Source: Gemmatimonadota bacterium (lineage in GTDB: Bacteria > Gemmatimonadota > Gemmatimonadetes > Gemmatimonadales > GWC2-71-9). From it: 64,000 nt of DNA. The DNA lies in NCBI GenBank assembly GCA_003221005.1, contig QHTZ01000071.1, forward strand, positions 1 to 64,000, written 5' to 3'. Both the position numbers and the translations under genes were made by a program. Shown here one piece after another: positions 38,352 through 46,889 of this stretch; the first letter of the stretch is position 1, and each line of letters begins with the position of its first letter. The notes beneath the pieces were generated by a model that saw only the letters and a list, made by a program, of their open reading frames with translations, searched no databases and was not told the origin of the DNA.

Positions 38352-38431
38352 GTTCCACGACGCCACGACGCCACGTTCCAAGCCCTCCCCGGATGCGGCC
38401 TCGTGGAGCGTGCAACGTGGCGTCGTGGAAC
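38352..38431. repeat. Octamer tandem repeats arranged as an inverted repeat
   Basis: (CCACGACG)n; the 16-mer GTTCCACGACGCCACG pairs perfectly with 38416-38431. Confidence 0.75.
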
Positions 38432-38451
38432 ACTCAAGCGTTCCTTAGGTG

Positions 38452-38928
38452 ATGCCCATCGATCCTCGCACCCGCATCGGCCACGTGCACCTGACGGTCT
38501 CCGATCTCGACCGCGCGGTCGCCTTCTACCGCGACGTCCTGGGTTTCGAGGTCACGAGCCGGTACGGCCGGGACGCGGTGTTCCTCTCAGCCGGCGGATA
38601 CCATCATCATCTGGGGCTAAACACTTGGGCGGGGCGCGGCGCGCCGCAGCCTCCCCGGGGAACCACCGGGCTGTATCACTTCGCGATCCTGTATCCCGAC
38701 CGGCCGACGTTGGCGCGGGCGGTGCGCCAGGTGCTCGATCACGGCGTGCCGCTCGAGGGCGCAGCCGACCACGGGGTCAGCGAGGCAGTGTACCTCCGAG
38801 ATTCCGACGGGAACGGCGTAGAGTTGTATCGCGATCGCCCCCAGAGCGAGTGGCCGCGGGCGCCCGACGGGAGCCTCGCCATGCAAACGCTCGCGCTCGA
38901 CCTGAACGCCCTGCTCCTGGAAGCCTAG
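38452..38928 (+). CDS. VOC/glyoxalase family protein (CatE-like)
   Basis: IGHVHLTV, GGYHHHLGLNTW, DHGVSEAVYLRD. Confidence 0.88.
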   Translation: MPIDPRTRIGHVHLTVSDLDRAVAFYRDVLGFEVTSRYGRDAVFLSAGGYHHHLGLNTWAGRGAPQPPRGTTGLYHFAILYPDRPTLARAVRQVLDHGVPLEGAADHGVSEAVYLRDSDGNGVELYRDRPQSEWPRAPDGSLAMQTLALDLNALLLEA

Positions 38929-40097
38929 GCCTGCGCGACGTGCGTGGCGGACTGCTCGGTGGCAGAAGCATGCGGATCTGCGGCTCGCTGGGGCGGGATG
39001 GGCAGGCTCAGGGTGACGGTGGTGCCAACCCCGACCACCGAGTCGACGGCGACGTGGCCGCCGAACATGTTGCGCACGACGTCGCTGACGAGGGCGAGCC
39101 CCATCCCCGTGCCTTCGCCGTACCCCTTGGTAGTGAAACCTGCCTCGAAGATCCGATCGAGGTGCTGCACCGCGATCCCCACCCCCTTGTCGCGCACGCT
39201 GACGCGGAGTGATTGGCCGGCGCGCTCCACCGCTACCGAGACCGGCTCGGGCCGACCAGACGCGGCATCGGCCGCGTTGCGAATCAGGTTGACGAGCGCG
39301 TCGTACAGCGCGTTCGGGTCGCCCAAGAGGTAGGTCGCATCCAGCGATCCGGCGAACTCGAGAGACACGCGGTCCTTGATCACCCGCCCCTCGAGGGTAC
39401 AGCAGGACTGTACTACGCGCACGGCGTCGAACCGCTCCCAACGGGCCAGCGCGCCCCGGGCCCGGTCGCGCACGGCCCGCACGAACTGTGTGCCGCGATC
39501 GATGTCCTCGAGCACCTGTCCCAGCTCGTCGAGGGCTTCCAGGCGCCGGCCCGCGTCCACGTCGGTCCAGCCGCCGATGGCCTCGATCGCGAGCTGCAGG
39601 GCCGCGCGGGCGGTCGTGAGGCGGTTGCCGAGCTCGTGCGCCATTACCGCGGGAAGGCTGGTGAGGTCGCGGAACGGTCCTGTGGCGGACGCGCCCGGGT
39701 CCCCCGCCTCGATCGCTACCACGCTCCGGTCCATGAGACCGATGCACAGCGCCGCCAGCTCGAGCGTGAGCCGCTCGGCGCTGCGGCGTTCCTGTCCCCC
39801 GGGAGGGGGTGCGGGTGGCCGGGTGCGGACGGGAGCGATCAGCCAGGGGCCCTCAGGAGCGGTTGGGCAGCCGACCCAGCGGCTTCCCTGCACGATAGGG
39901 ATCTGCCAACGCCGCAGCGTGCCGTCTACATCGAGATGTGTGGCGTGGTGAGTGGGAGTAGGGTCGCTGGAGAGCTTGGGATCGAGCTCAGCCTTCGAGG
40001 AAACTTCCCACAATGTCACGGGCCGGCCGCCGAGCGCGACGCTCGCCTGCCGTAGCACTTCCTGTCTGGTGTCTTCGCCCGCCCGAGGTTCGCTCAC
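38925..40097 (-). CDS. Cytoplasmic sensor histidine kinase
   Basis: AHELGNRL (H box), NLIRNA, DKGVG, FTTK, GTGMGL; start approximate. Confidence 0.85.
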   Translation of the reverse strand: MSEPRAGEDTRQEVLRQASVALGGRPVTLWEVSSKAELDPKLSSDPTPTHHATHLDVDGTLRRWQIPIVQGSRWVGCPTAPEGPWLIAPVRTRPPAPPPGGQERRSAERLTLELAALCIGLMDRSVVAIEAGDPGASATGPFRDLTSLPAVMAHELGNRLTTARAALQLAIEAIGGWTDVDAGRRLEALDELGQVLEDIDRGTQFVRAVRDRARGALARWERFDAVRVVQSCCTLEGRVIKDRVSLEFAGSLDATYLLGDPNALYDALVNLIRNAADAASGRPEPVSVAVERAGQSLRVSVRDKGVGIAVQHLDRIFEAGFTTKGYGEGTGMGLALVSDVVRNMFGGHVAVDSVVGVGTTVTLSLPIPPQRAADPHASATEQSATHVAQA

Positions 40098-40247
40098 CCA
40101 CTCTCCCGACCACCACACTCGTGACCGCGCGGGCGGCGCCGAACGCCGTCCTGCGGCTCGCGGCAATAAGCAATTGTAAGGGGGGCGCGCCCTACATATT
40201 GGGGGATTCGGCGGCCGCGTCAAGCGAGGGGCCGCCCCGGTCCGGGT

Positions 40248-40276
40248 TTGACACCTCAGGCCGTACCGGATAGCGT
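40248..40276 (+). promoter_or_regulatory. Sigma70-like promoter
   Basis: TTGACA-N17-TAGCGT. Confidence 0.55.
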
Positions 40277-40314
40277 CTTGTCTTCCGCTCACTTGCCGAG
40301 ACCAGGCTCGCGTC

Positions 40315-40941
40315 ATGACCACTCCTGAGCCGCGCTTCTCGATGCCGCGTTCCTCGTTCGCGATCGCGATGAAGGACTACACGTTCATCCGGCCAGGCAT
40401 CGCGGTCATCATCAGCGCGGCGACCCTCGTCGTCGCCCTCATCTTCGGACTCGACCTCATCGCGTCGCTGCGGCACGCCGCGGCCACGGTACGCCACGGC
40501 GCCCGCGCCACCCAGACGCTGCACCGCTACAACGCGGGCCTCGAGGTGTGGCGCCGCATGGCGACCAGCACCGCGCCCGCGTACCAGCGTCCCGAGCGCG
40601 TCGCGCACCGGGACAGCATCCGCCAGGCCCTCCGTACCCAGATCGGCGCCCTCGCCGGCTCGCTCGACAACCCGATCGATCACGACCTCGCCCAGAGCGT
40701 GCTGGAAGGATTGGCGAGCACCGACGAGGCCTCGGGCGTCAAGGCGCGCGAGGCGATGATCGTGCTGCTCGCGCATCAGGACGCCGCCCTGTTCGACGCG
40801 GCGGCCACTGCCGCGCGCGCCGTGCAGCTTGCCGCGGTGCTGCTCGCCTTGACAATTCTCGCCGCAGGGATGCTCGTAGTCCCGATGGCGTGGCTCTACA
40901 TCCGCCACAAGCGCGGGGCGACGATCGAGGTGAAGGTGTAG
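40315..40941 (+). CDS. Two-TM protein with extracytoplasmic helical (sensor-like) domain
   Basis: TM IAVIISAATLVVALIFG, helical segment, TM LAAVLLALTILAAGMLVVP, very short tail. Confidence 0.7.
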   Translation: MTTPEPRFSMPRSSFAIAMKDYTFIRPGIAVIISAATLVVALIFGLDLIASLRHAAATVRHGARATQTLHRYNAGLEVWRRMATSTAPAYQRPERVAHRDSIRQALRTQIGALAGSLDNPIDHDLAQSVLEGLASTDEASGVKAREAMIVLLAHQDAALFDAAATAARAVQLAAVLLALTILAAGMLVVPMAWLYIRHKRGATIEVKV

Positions 40942-40947
40942 GTCGCG

Positions 40948-40976
40948 TTGACACGCTCGGACGACCCCCCTAGGTT
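40948..40976 (+). promoter_or_regulatory. Sigma70-like promoter
   Basis: TTGACA-N17-TAGGTT. Confidence 0.6.
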
Positions 40977-41029
40977 CGACCGGAAACGCCATAGGGACCC
41001 AGTTTGAGCGTAGCCGACAAGCGCAGTCG

Positions 41030-41055
41030 AGGCCCGTGCCCGGCGCGGGCCTTTT
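41030..41055 (+). terminator. Intrinsic terminator
   Basis: AGGCCCGTGC/GCGCGGGCCT hairpin followed by TTTT. Confidence 0.6.
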
Positions 41056-41071
41056 GCTGCTGGGGGTTGCG

Positions 41072-41758
41072 GTGAAGCGTCGCGACGCGGACGTCCGTGC
41101 CGCGGCCTCGCGGCGCCTGCTCGCGACCAGCGAGCGCGAGCTCCAACGCATCGTGCTCGACATGCACGACGGCCCCGTCCAGGACATCTTCGCGGCGCTG
41201 TCCCAGCTCCAGGTCCTCGAGCGCGCGCTCGCGCCCGACCCACCCTCGCAGGTGCGCGCCCGGCAGGCGATGGGTCTGCTGGAGCGCGCGCTCGGCGAGA
41301 TCCGGAACTTTATCGGAGCGTTCCGGCCCCCCGGGTTCGAGCGGCGGCCCCTCGGTGCGATCATCGAGGGTCTCGCGGTTCAGCACGAAACGCTGACCAA
41401 CCAAGCCGTCGAGCTGACGGTACCGGCCGACCTGGGCGACTGCACACTCGCGGCGAAGATCGCCATATACCGGATCCTCCAGGAGGCGCTCGCCAACGGC
41501 CACCGCCACAGCGGAGCGCCGGGCCAGCGCGTCATGGTCGCACGGCGCGACGTGACCATCACGCTCACCGTTTCGGACGACGGCAAGGGGTTCGACCCCG
41601 AGCGCGTCCTGGCGCGCGAAGCCGACGTCGGCGTCGAAGGCGGCCACTTCGGGCTCCGCGGCATCCAGGACCGGGTGGCGATGCTGGGCGGCACGTTCGC
41701 GCTCGAGAGCGCCCCCGGCCACGGCACGTCGCTGACAGTCGCGCTTCCGGCGGAGTGA
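41072..41758 (+). CDS. NarX/UhpB-type histidine kinase without sensor domain
   Basis: RIVLDMHDGPVQ, RILQEALANGHRHS, DDGKGFD, GLRGIQDRV. Confidence 0.85.
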   Translation: MKRRDADVRAAASRRLLATSERELQRIVLDMHDGPVQDIFAALSQLQVLERALAPDPPSQVRARQAMGLLERALGEIRNFIGAFRPPGFERRPLGAIIEGLAVQHETLTNQAVELTVPADLGDCTLAAKIAIYRILQEALANGHRHSGAPGQRVMVARRDVTITLTVSDDGKGFDPERVLAREADVGVEGGHFGLRGIQDRVAMLGGTFALESAPGHGTSLTVALPAE

Positions 41759-41768
41759 CGCCGGCCCC

Positions 41769-42377
41769 ATGATTCGCGTGCTACTGGCGGACGATCACGC
41801 CATCGTCCTGGAGGGTTTGCGAGCGCTGCTCGACGGCGAGCCCGGCATCCGCGTCGTGGCAGCGACCACCGACGGCGCGGAGGTGGCCCGCCTGGTCGAA
41901 CAGCACAAGCCCGACGTGGTCGTCCTCGACCTAGAGCTCGCTGGGATCAAGGGCACGCAGGTGCTGACCGCCCTGCGGGGGCGGCCCGCGCCTCCCAAGG
42001 TGCTCGTGCTGACCGCCTACAACGACGGCGAGGCGCTGCGCTCGGCGCTCGACGCGGGAGCCGATGGGCTGGCGCTGAAGACGGAGTCGCCGCAGCAGAC
42101 CCTCACCGCGATCCGCCAGGTCCACGCGGGCCAGCTGGTGTTCCCGCAGGCGGCGCGCCGGTGGATCGAAGGGCGCGGGACCGGTGCGCCGGGCGATCTG
42201 ACACCGCGTGAGCGCGAGGTGTGGGCGCTCATGGCGGCGGGCCTCACGAACCCCGAGATCGCGGAACGGCTGGGGCTCTCCGACAACACCGTCAAATTTC
42301 ATGTGCAGCATCTCTTCTCCAAGCTGGGCGTCAAGAACCGCACGGAGGCGGCGCTCAGGTACGCACACGGCCGCTAG
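41769..42377 (+). CDS. NarL/LuxR response regulator
   Basis: VLLADDH, LTPREREV, TVKFHVQHLFSKLGV. Confidence 0.92.
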   Translation: MIRVLLADDHAIVLEGLRALLDGEPGIRVVAATTDGAEVARLVEQHKPDVVVLDLELAGIKGTQVLTALRGRPAPPKVLVLTAYNDGEALRSALDAGADGLALKTESPQQTLTAIRQVHAGQLVFPQAARRWIEGRGTGAPGDLTPREREVWALMAAGLTNPEIAERLGLSDNTVKFHVQHLFSKLGVKNRTEAALRYAHGR

Positions 42378-43110
42378 CGGCGTAGATGCGCGTCGCCCAG
42401 CACCACCGCGTGCCGCGCTTTTCGAGGTGAATGCTCCCGTCAGCGACGAGCTCCTCGACCAGCGCGACATGCGCGAGCAGCTCTTCCGTGAGCGGATACC
42501 ACTGCTCTTCCACCAGCTCGACGGCTGAGAACCGCGCACGCGCGCGCGCCAGCACCGGCGCCTCGCGCGACAGGGTGAGCACCGGGAAGACCAGGCGCCC
42601 GGCCGGGGCGAGGTAGTCGGGCGCCGCGTCCAGCACGCTGAGGACCCAGCGTGTCCCGTCCCGGCCGGCGTCGCTCGGGACCGAGCGCGGATACCATCCC
42701 GACACCCGCGCGAGCGGCTCCGCAACACCCGCCACGTCATCAACGATGAGGTCGAAGCGCCTCCCGACCCACGGCTCGAACAGGCTCCCACGCTGGCAGT
42801 CGATGCGCACGCCCTGCCGTCGCGCGTTGTAGCGCGCGAGGCGTACCGCGGCCGCGCTCAGGTCCGACGCGCACACGTGAACGTCAGGCTCAACGCATTT
42901 CGCGAGCACGATCGCCACGATCCCGCAGCCGCACCCCAGGTCCAATAGGGCCCGGGGGCGCTGCACCAGCCCGCGCCGGGCGGCGCGCAACAGCAACATG
43001 GTCGTGGAAGTCGGATAGAAAACGTCCGCAGCCGTGGCGACGGTGATCGCCTCGGTGTCACCGAGCTTCTTGTCGCGGTAAGCAAATTCGCGCGACAGAC
43101 CGGTGGTCAT
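42355..43110 (-). CDS. Class I SAM-dependent methyltransferase
   Basis: VFYP, LDLGCGCG, ASDLS, GSLFEP. Confidence 0.8.
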   Translation of the reverse strand: MTTGLSREFAYRDKKLGDTEAITVATAADVFYPTSTTMLLLRAARRGLVQRPRALLDLGCGCGIVAIVLAKCVEPDVHVCASDLSAAAVRLARYNARRQGVRIDCQRGSLFEPWVGRRFDLIVDDVAGVAEPLARVSGWYPRSVPSDAGRDGTRWVLSVLDAAPDYLAPAGRLVFPVLTLSREAPVLARARARFSAVELVEEQWYPLTEELLAHVALVEELVADGSIHLEKRGTRWCWATRIYAASGRVRT

Positions 43111-43187
43111 GTTCGTCCTCGCCGACGGCGCACATCGGCTCGCGTGGTGCCGGGAATCGACGCCAAAATGCTGCGTCGCTCTGCTGC

Positions 43188-43216
43188 TTGACAGGCTCGA
43201 CCGGCGACCCTACCGT
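43188..43216 (+). promoter_or_regulatory. Sigma70-like promoter
   Basis: TTGACA-N17-TACCGT. Confidence 0.5.
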
Positions 43217-43271
43217 GGGGCGGCGTTCGCCGCGTTCGGCTTCTCCCCCGTCGCCCTGGAGGCTCACGCGT

Positions 43272-43616
43272 ATGGACATGCTGACGGCTCTGGCAATCAG
43301 TGTCGGAGTGCTGGTTGCGGTGTGGGTAAAGGTGACCACGATGGTCGGCATGTTCTGGTACGTCGGGGTCCTTGGCTGGGCCTGCTTTGCCGCCGCCGGG
43401 GGGAAGATGAACGGGTTGAAGAAGGTGATCGCCGCAGGCGTGGCAGGGATGTTCTGGGTGGGGGCGGGCGAGTTTCTGGTGCTCACTACCGGTGCGCTGA
43501 ACTTGGAATGGGTCGCGCTGGGCGTCGCGATGTTTATCATCGTCATCGAGGCGAAGTGGTCGCTGCTTTCATTCTTACCGGCCGGGTTATGCGGCGCCGC
43601 AGTCATTGGAGCCTGA
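43272..43616 (+). CDS. DUF1097-like membrane protein, possibly C-terminally truncated
   Basis: ALAISVG, GWACFAAAGG, LSFLPA; GGAGG RBS; 114 aa. Confidence 0.65.
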   Translation: MDMLTALAISVGVLVAVWVKVTTMVGMFWYVGVLGWACFAAAGGKMNGLKKVIAAGVAGMFWVGAGEFLVLTTGALNLEWVALGVAMFIIVIEAKWSLLSFLPAGLCGAAVIGA

Positions 43617-43626
43617 CCAAGAAGGC

Positions 43627-44745
43627 GTGACGCTCCGCCGCTACGCCTGGATCACGCTCGTCGCCGCGACGAGCACCGTTGTCGGCGTCATCTGGGACAT
43701 CTCCTGGCACCGCTCGATCGGCCGGGACACCTTCTGGACGCCCGCGCACCTCGCGATCTACCTCGGGGGTGCGCTGGCGGGCGGGTCGTGCGGGTGGCTG
43801 GTGCTGCGGACGACGTTCGCCGGCACGTCCGAGGAGCGGACGGCCGGCGTTCGTTTTTGGGGATTCCACGGTCCGCTGGGCGCCTGGCTGTGCATCTGGG
43901 GCGCCCTGGCGATGCTCACCTCGGCTCCGCTCGACAACTGGTGGCACAACGCGTACGGCCTCGACGTCAAGGTCCTCTCGCCACCGCACACGCTGCTCGC
44001 CCTCGGCATGTGGGCGATCCAACTGGGAGCGCTGCTGCTGGCGGCGGCGCAGCAGAACGGCGCCACGGACGGCGGAACGCTCCGCGCCAGCGGCGTGATG
44101 GTCGCGTACCTCGCCGGGATCCTGCTCCAGAACGCAGCCATCCTTGGCATCGAGCAGGTCGGCTTCCCCAACGGCGCGCACAACGCGTTGTACTACCAGT
44201 TCGCTGGCGGCGTCTTCCCGCTTGTCCTCGTCGCCGCCGGGCGGGCCGCGCGCCTGCGATGGCCGGCGACGGCGGCGGCGGCCGCATACATGGCGATTTC
44301 CCTAGTCATGGGCTGGACCCTCCAGCTCTTCCCTGCGACACCCAAGCTCGCGCCCGTCTTCAACCCGCTCACGCACATGGTCCCCGCGCCATTCCCGCTG
44401 CTGCTCGTCGCGCCAGCCGTCGCCATCGACGTGCTGCTACGCCGCTTCGGCCCACGCCGCGACTGGGTCCTGTCGGCGCTGAGTGGCGTCGCGTTTCTCG
44501 CGGTCTTCTTCGCCGTCCAATGGCTGTTCACAGAGTTCCTGCTCTCCCCGTACGCCCGCAACTTCTTCTTCGGCGTGGATCGGTGGGATTACTCGAGCCG
44601 GCTGGGGCCCTGGCGCTACGAGTTCTGGCGCGTTCAGGCCGACCCCGTCACACCGCGTGCGCTCGGTCTCGCACTGCTGCTGGCCGTCGGCTCGGCGCGG
44701 TTCGGAATGTGGTGGGGCAACTGGGCGGCGCGCGTGAGGCGGTGA
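43627..44745 (+). CDS. Polytopic membrane protein with two PmoC/AmoC-like metal motifs
   Basis: WDISWHRSIGRDTFWTPAH and DNWWHNAYGLDVKVLSPPH; ~9-10 hydrophobic segments. Confidence 0.8.
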   Translation: MTLRRYAWITLVAATSTVVGVIWDISWHRSIGRDTFWTPAHLAIYLGGALAGGSCGWLVLRTTFAGTSEERTAGVRFWGFHGPLGAWLCIWGALAMLTSAPLDNWWHNAYGLDVKVLSPPHTLLALGMWAIQLGALLLAAAQQNGATDGGTLRASGVMVAYLAGILLQNAAILGIEQVGFPNGAHNALYYQFAGGVFPLVLVAAGRAARLRWPATAAAAAYMAISLVMGWTLQLFPATPKLAPVFNPLTHMVPAPFPLLLVAPAVAIDVLLRRFGPRRDWVLSALSGVAFLAVFFAVQWLFTEFLLSPYARNFFFGVDRWDYSSRLGPWRYEFWRVQADPVTPRALGLALLLAVGSARFGMWWGNWAARVRR

Positions 44746-46283
44746 AGCGCACGCTCGGCCGCCTGCTCACGCTGGGCGCCGTAGCGTTCGCGGCGTCGGC
44801 ACACGTCGGGAGCCCGGACACCTACTTCGAAGGTGCCGCCGGGGATTACCCGATCCGCGTGATCATCCGCAGCCCCGGCGTCGTGCCCGGGCTCGCCCAA
44901 ATCACCGTCCGCGTCCTCGCTCCGAGGTTGGTCCGCCGCGTGTTGGCCCTGCCCGTGTACTGGGACCCGCGCACCGCGGCCCCGCCGCCGCCAGACGTCG
45001 CCGAGCGCGTACCAGGCGACCCGACGCTCTACAGCGCTGCGTTGTGGCTGATGCGCGGGGGCTCGTACAGCGTGCAGGTGACGATCGAAGGCGATCGAGG
45101 AACCGGAGTCGCGCTCGTCCCCGTGCAGGCCGTGGCCACGAGACGCCTCGACCTGCCGACGCCACTCGCCGCCCTCCTCGCCGGTCTCGGCGTCCTTCTC
45201 CTGGCCGGCGCCGTCACCGTCGTGGGCGCCGCCGTCCGGGAGAGCGTGCTCGACCCTGGCGTGATGCCCGACCGGCGCCGCACCTGGTACGCCCGCGCCG
45301 CCATGGCGGCGAGCGTCGTAGTGTTCGCCCTACTCCTGGTCGGCGCGCGCGCCTGGTGGCGCGCGGTGGACGCGGCGTACCGGACGGGACTCTACCGGCC
45401 GCCCCACGCGAGTGCCGCCGTGCGGTCCGTGGGTGGCGCGGCGACGCTGCGCTTCGCGATCGACGACAGCTTATGGACGAACCCGAACCGCCGGTGGTCA
45501 CCCCTGATCCCGGACCACGGCCATCTGATGCACCTGTTCCTGATCCGCGATTCGAGCCTGGACGCGTTCGCGCATCTCCATCCGCTGCCACGCGACTCGA
45601 CCACGTTCGAGACGCACCTCCCACCCCTCCCAGCCGGCCGATACCGCGTCTACGCGGACATCGTACACGAGAGCGGATTCGCGCAGACACTCACCGCGGG
45701 TGTGGATCTGGGTGCTCCGGGTGGGGCGTGGCATGCCTCCGATCCAGATGATGCGTTCATCGCTGATGAATCAGGGAAGAGGGACCGGGGAAGGGGGAAG
45801 GGTACCACCTTCGCGCTCGCTGATGGGTCTACGATGACTTGGGACAGCGGAGCCCAGGCGATTGTCGTGGACCGGGAAGCGCCGCTCCGCTTCCGCGTGC
45901 GCACGCGCGGCGGCGGGCCGGCAGCGCTCGAACCGTACATGCGGATGGCAGGCCACCTGATGCTGACGCGCTTGGACGGCGCGGTGTTCGTGCATCTGCA
46001 CCCCGCCGGAACAATTTCACTCGCCTCCCAGGAAACGTTTCTGCTGCGGCAGCCCGGGGACACGACGAGAGGTGCGTTGGGGGCGCGGCTGAGCCAGTAC
46101 GAGAGTGCGGCTACGACCCACGCCGGGATGATCTCACTCGACGGGAGCGTATCCTTCCCCTACGCGTTCCCTCAGCCGGGCCGCTACCGGCTGTGGGTGC
46201 AAGTCAAGCGAGCCGGGCGGATCCTGACGGGAGTGTTCGACGCCGAGGTGGTCACCGCCGCGGGCGCGCGTACCGTCCCATGA
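44742..46283 (+). CDS. Exported, 2-TM, His/Met-rich putative copper-binding protein
   Basis: Signal peptide ...AFAASA/HVG; DHGHLMH, AHLHP, HESG, MRMAGH, VHLHP; GTGA overlap with the upstream gene. Confidence 0.8.
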   Translation: MKRTLGRLLTLGAVAFAASAHVGSPDTYFEGAAGDYPIRVIIRSPGVVPGLAQITVRVLAPRLVRRVLALPVYWDPRTAAPPPPDVAERVPGDPTLYSAALWLMRGGSYSVQVTIEGDRGTGVALVPVQAVATRRLDLPTPLAALLAGLGVLLLAGAVTVVGAAVRESVLDPGVMPDRRRTWYARAAMAASVVVFALLLVGARAWWRAVDAAYRTGLYRPPHASAAVRSVGGAATLRFAIDDSLWTNPNRRWSPLIPDHGHLMHLFLIRDSSLDAFAHLHPLPRDSTTFETHLPPLPAGRYRVYADIVHESGFAQTLTAGVDLGAPGGAWHASDPDDAFIADESGKRDRGRGKGTTFALADGSTMTWDSGAQAIVVDREAPLRFRVRTRGGGPAALEPYMRMAGHLMLTRLDGAVFVHLHPAGTISLASQETFLLRQPGDTTRGALGARLSQYESAATTHAGMISLDGSVSFPYAFPQPGRYRLWVQVKRAGRILTGVFDAEVVTAAGARTVP

Positions 46284-46806
46284 GCTGTGCCGTCGCGAGC
46301 ACGTGCCCGTTCATGGCGCGCTCGACGTCGCTTTTGGTCGCGCCCGGCTTGAGGCCGAGCTTCGTGGCGAGGGCGTACAACTTGAAGAAGTAGCGGTGCG
46401 CGGGGCCTGGGGGCGGGCACGGCCCGCCGTAGCCCAGCCGCCGGAAGTCGTTCTTCCCCTGCACCGCGCCGCCGAGCTCACTCGGCGTCTCCACCTTCGC
46501 GACGTTCTCGGGCGTGGCAGTGATCGTCGCGGGCAGGTCGTAGAGGACCCAGTGCACCCAGGTGCCCGCGGGAGCGTCGGGGTCATCGACAATCAGGGCG
46601 AAGGCGGCGGTCCCGGCGGGCGCGCCGCGCCAGCTGAGCGCCGGCGAGACATCCGCTCCGTCGCAGGTGTGTCGGGTGGGGATCGCGTCCCCTTCCTGGA
46701 ACGCACTACTCGTGAGCGACAGCGCCATCCGTCCCTCCCGCGCCGCGACGAGTGTGAGCGCCGCGACGCAGAATTGAAATGATTGAAATGGGAGCCAGCG
46801 CAGCAT
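46252..46806 (-). CDS. YbhB/YbcL (PEBP) family protein
   Basis: HTCDGADVSP, DDPDAP, WVHW, YGGPCPP, HRYFF; alternative start at 46728. Confidence 0.9.
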   Translation of the reverse strand: MLRWLPFQSFQFCVAALTLVAAREGRMALSLTSSAFQEGDAIPTRHTCDGADVSPALSWRGAPAGTAAFALIVDDPDAPAGTWVHWVLYDLPATITATPENVAKVETPSELGGAVQGKNDFRRLGYGGPCPPPGPAHRYFFKLYALATKLGLKPGATKSDVERAMNGHVLATAQLMGRYARPRR

Positions 46807-46889
46807 CACAGGCCTCCATCCGCGGGCGAGGTCACCGAATCTAGCGACGGTCTGTCGCTCGGCTAGACGCGCTTGTACTGTTCACCCCC

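Noticed and set aside
40959-40966. GG-ACGA-CC mini-hairpin resembling a guanidine-II riboswitch
   Set aside because: Single 2-bp stem inside a promoter spacer; guanidine-II needs two ACGR hairpins.
43788-44741. N-terminal 318 aa of the 831-aa ORF
   Set aside because: Off-frame overlap of the membrane-protein gene; the real start is GTG 44742 with a signal peptide.
43627-46283. Calling the pair a true methane or ammonia monooxygenase
   Set aside because: No pmoA/amoA, and no overall similarity visible beyond the motifs and topology; only the analogy is reported.
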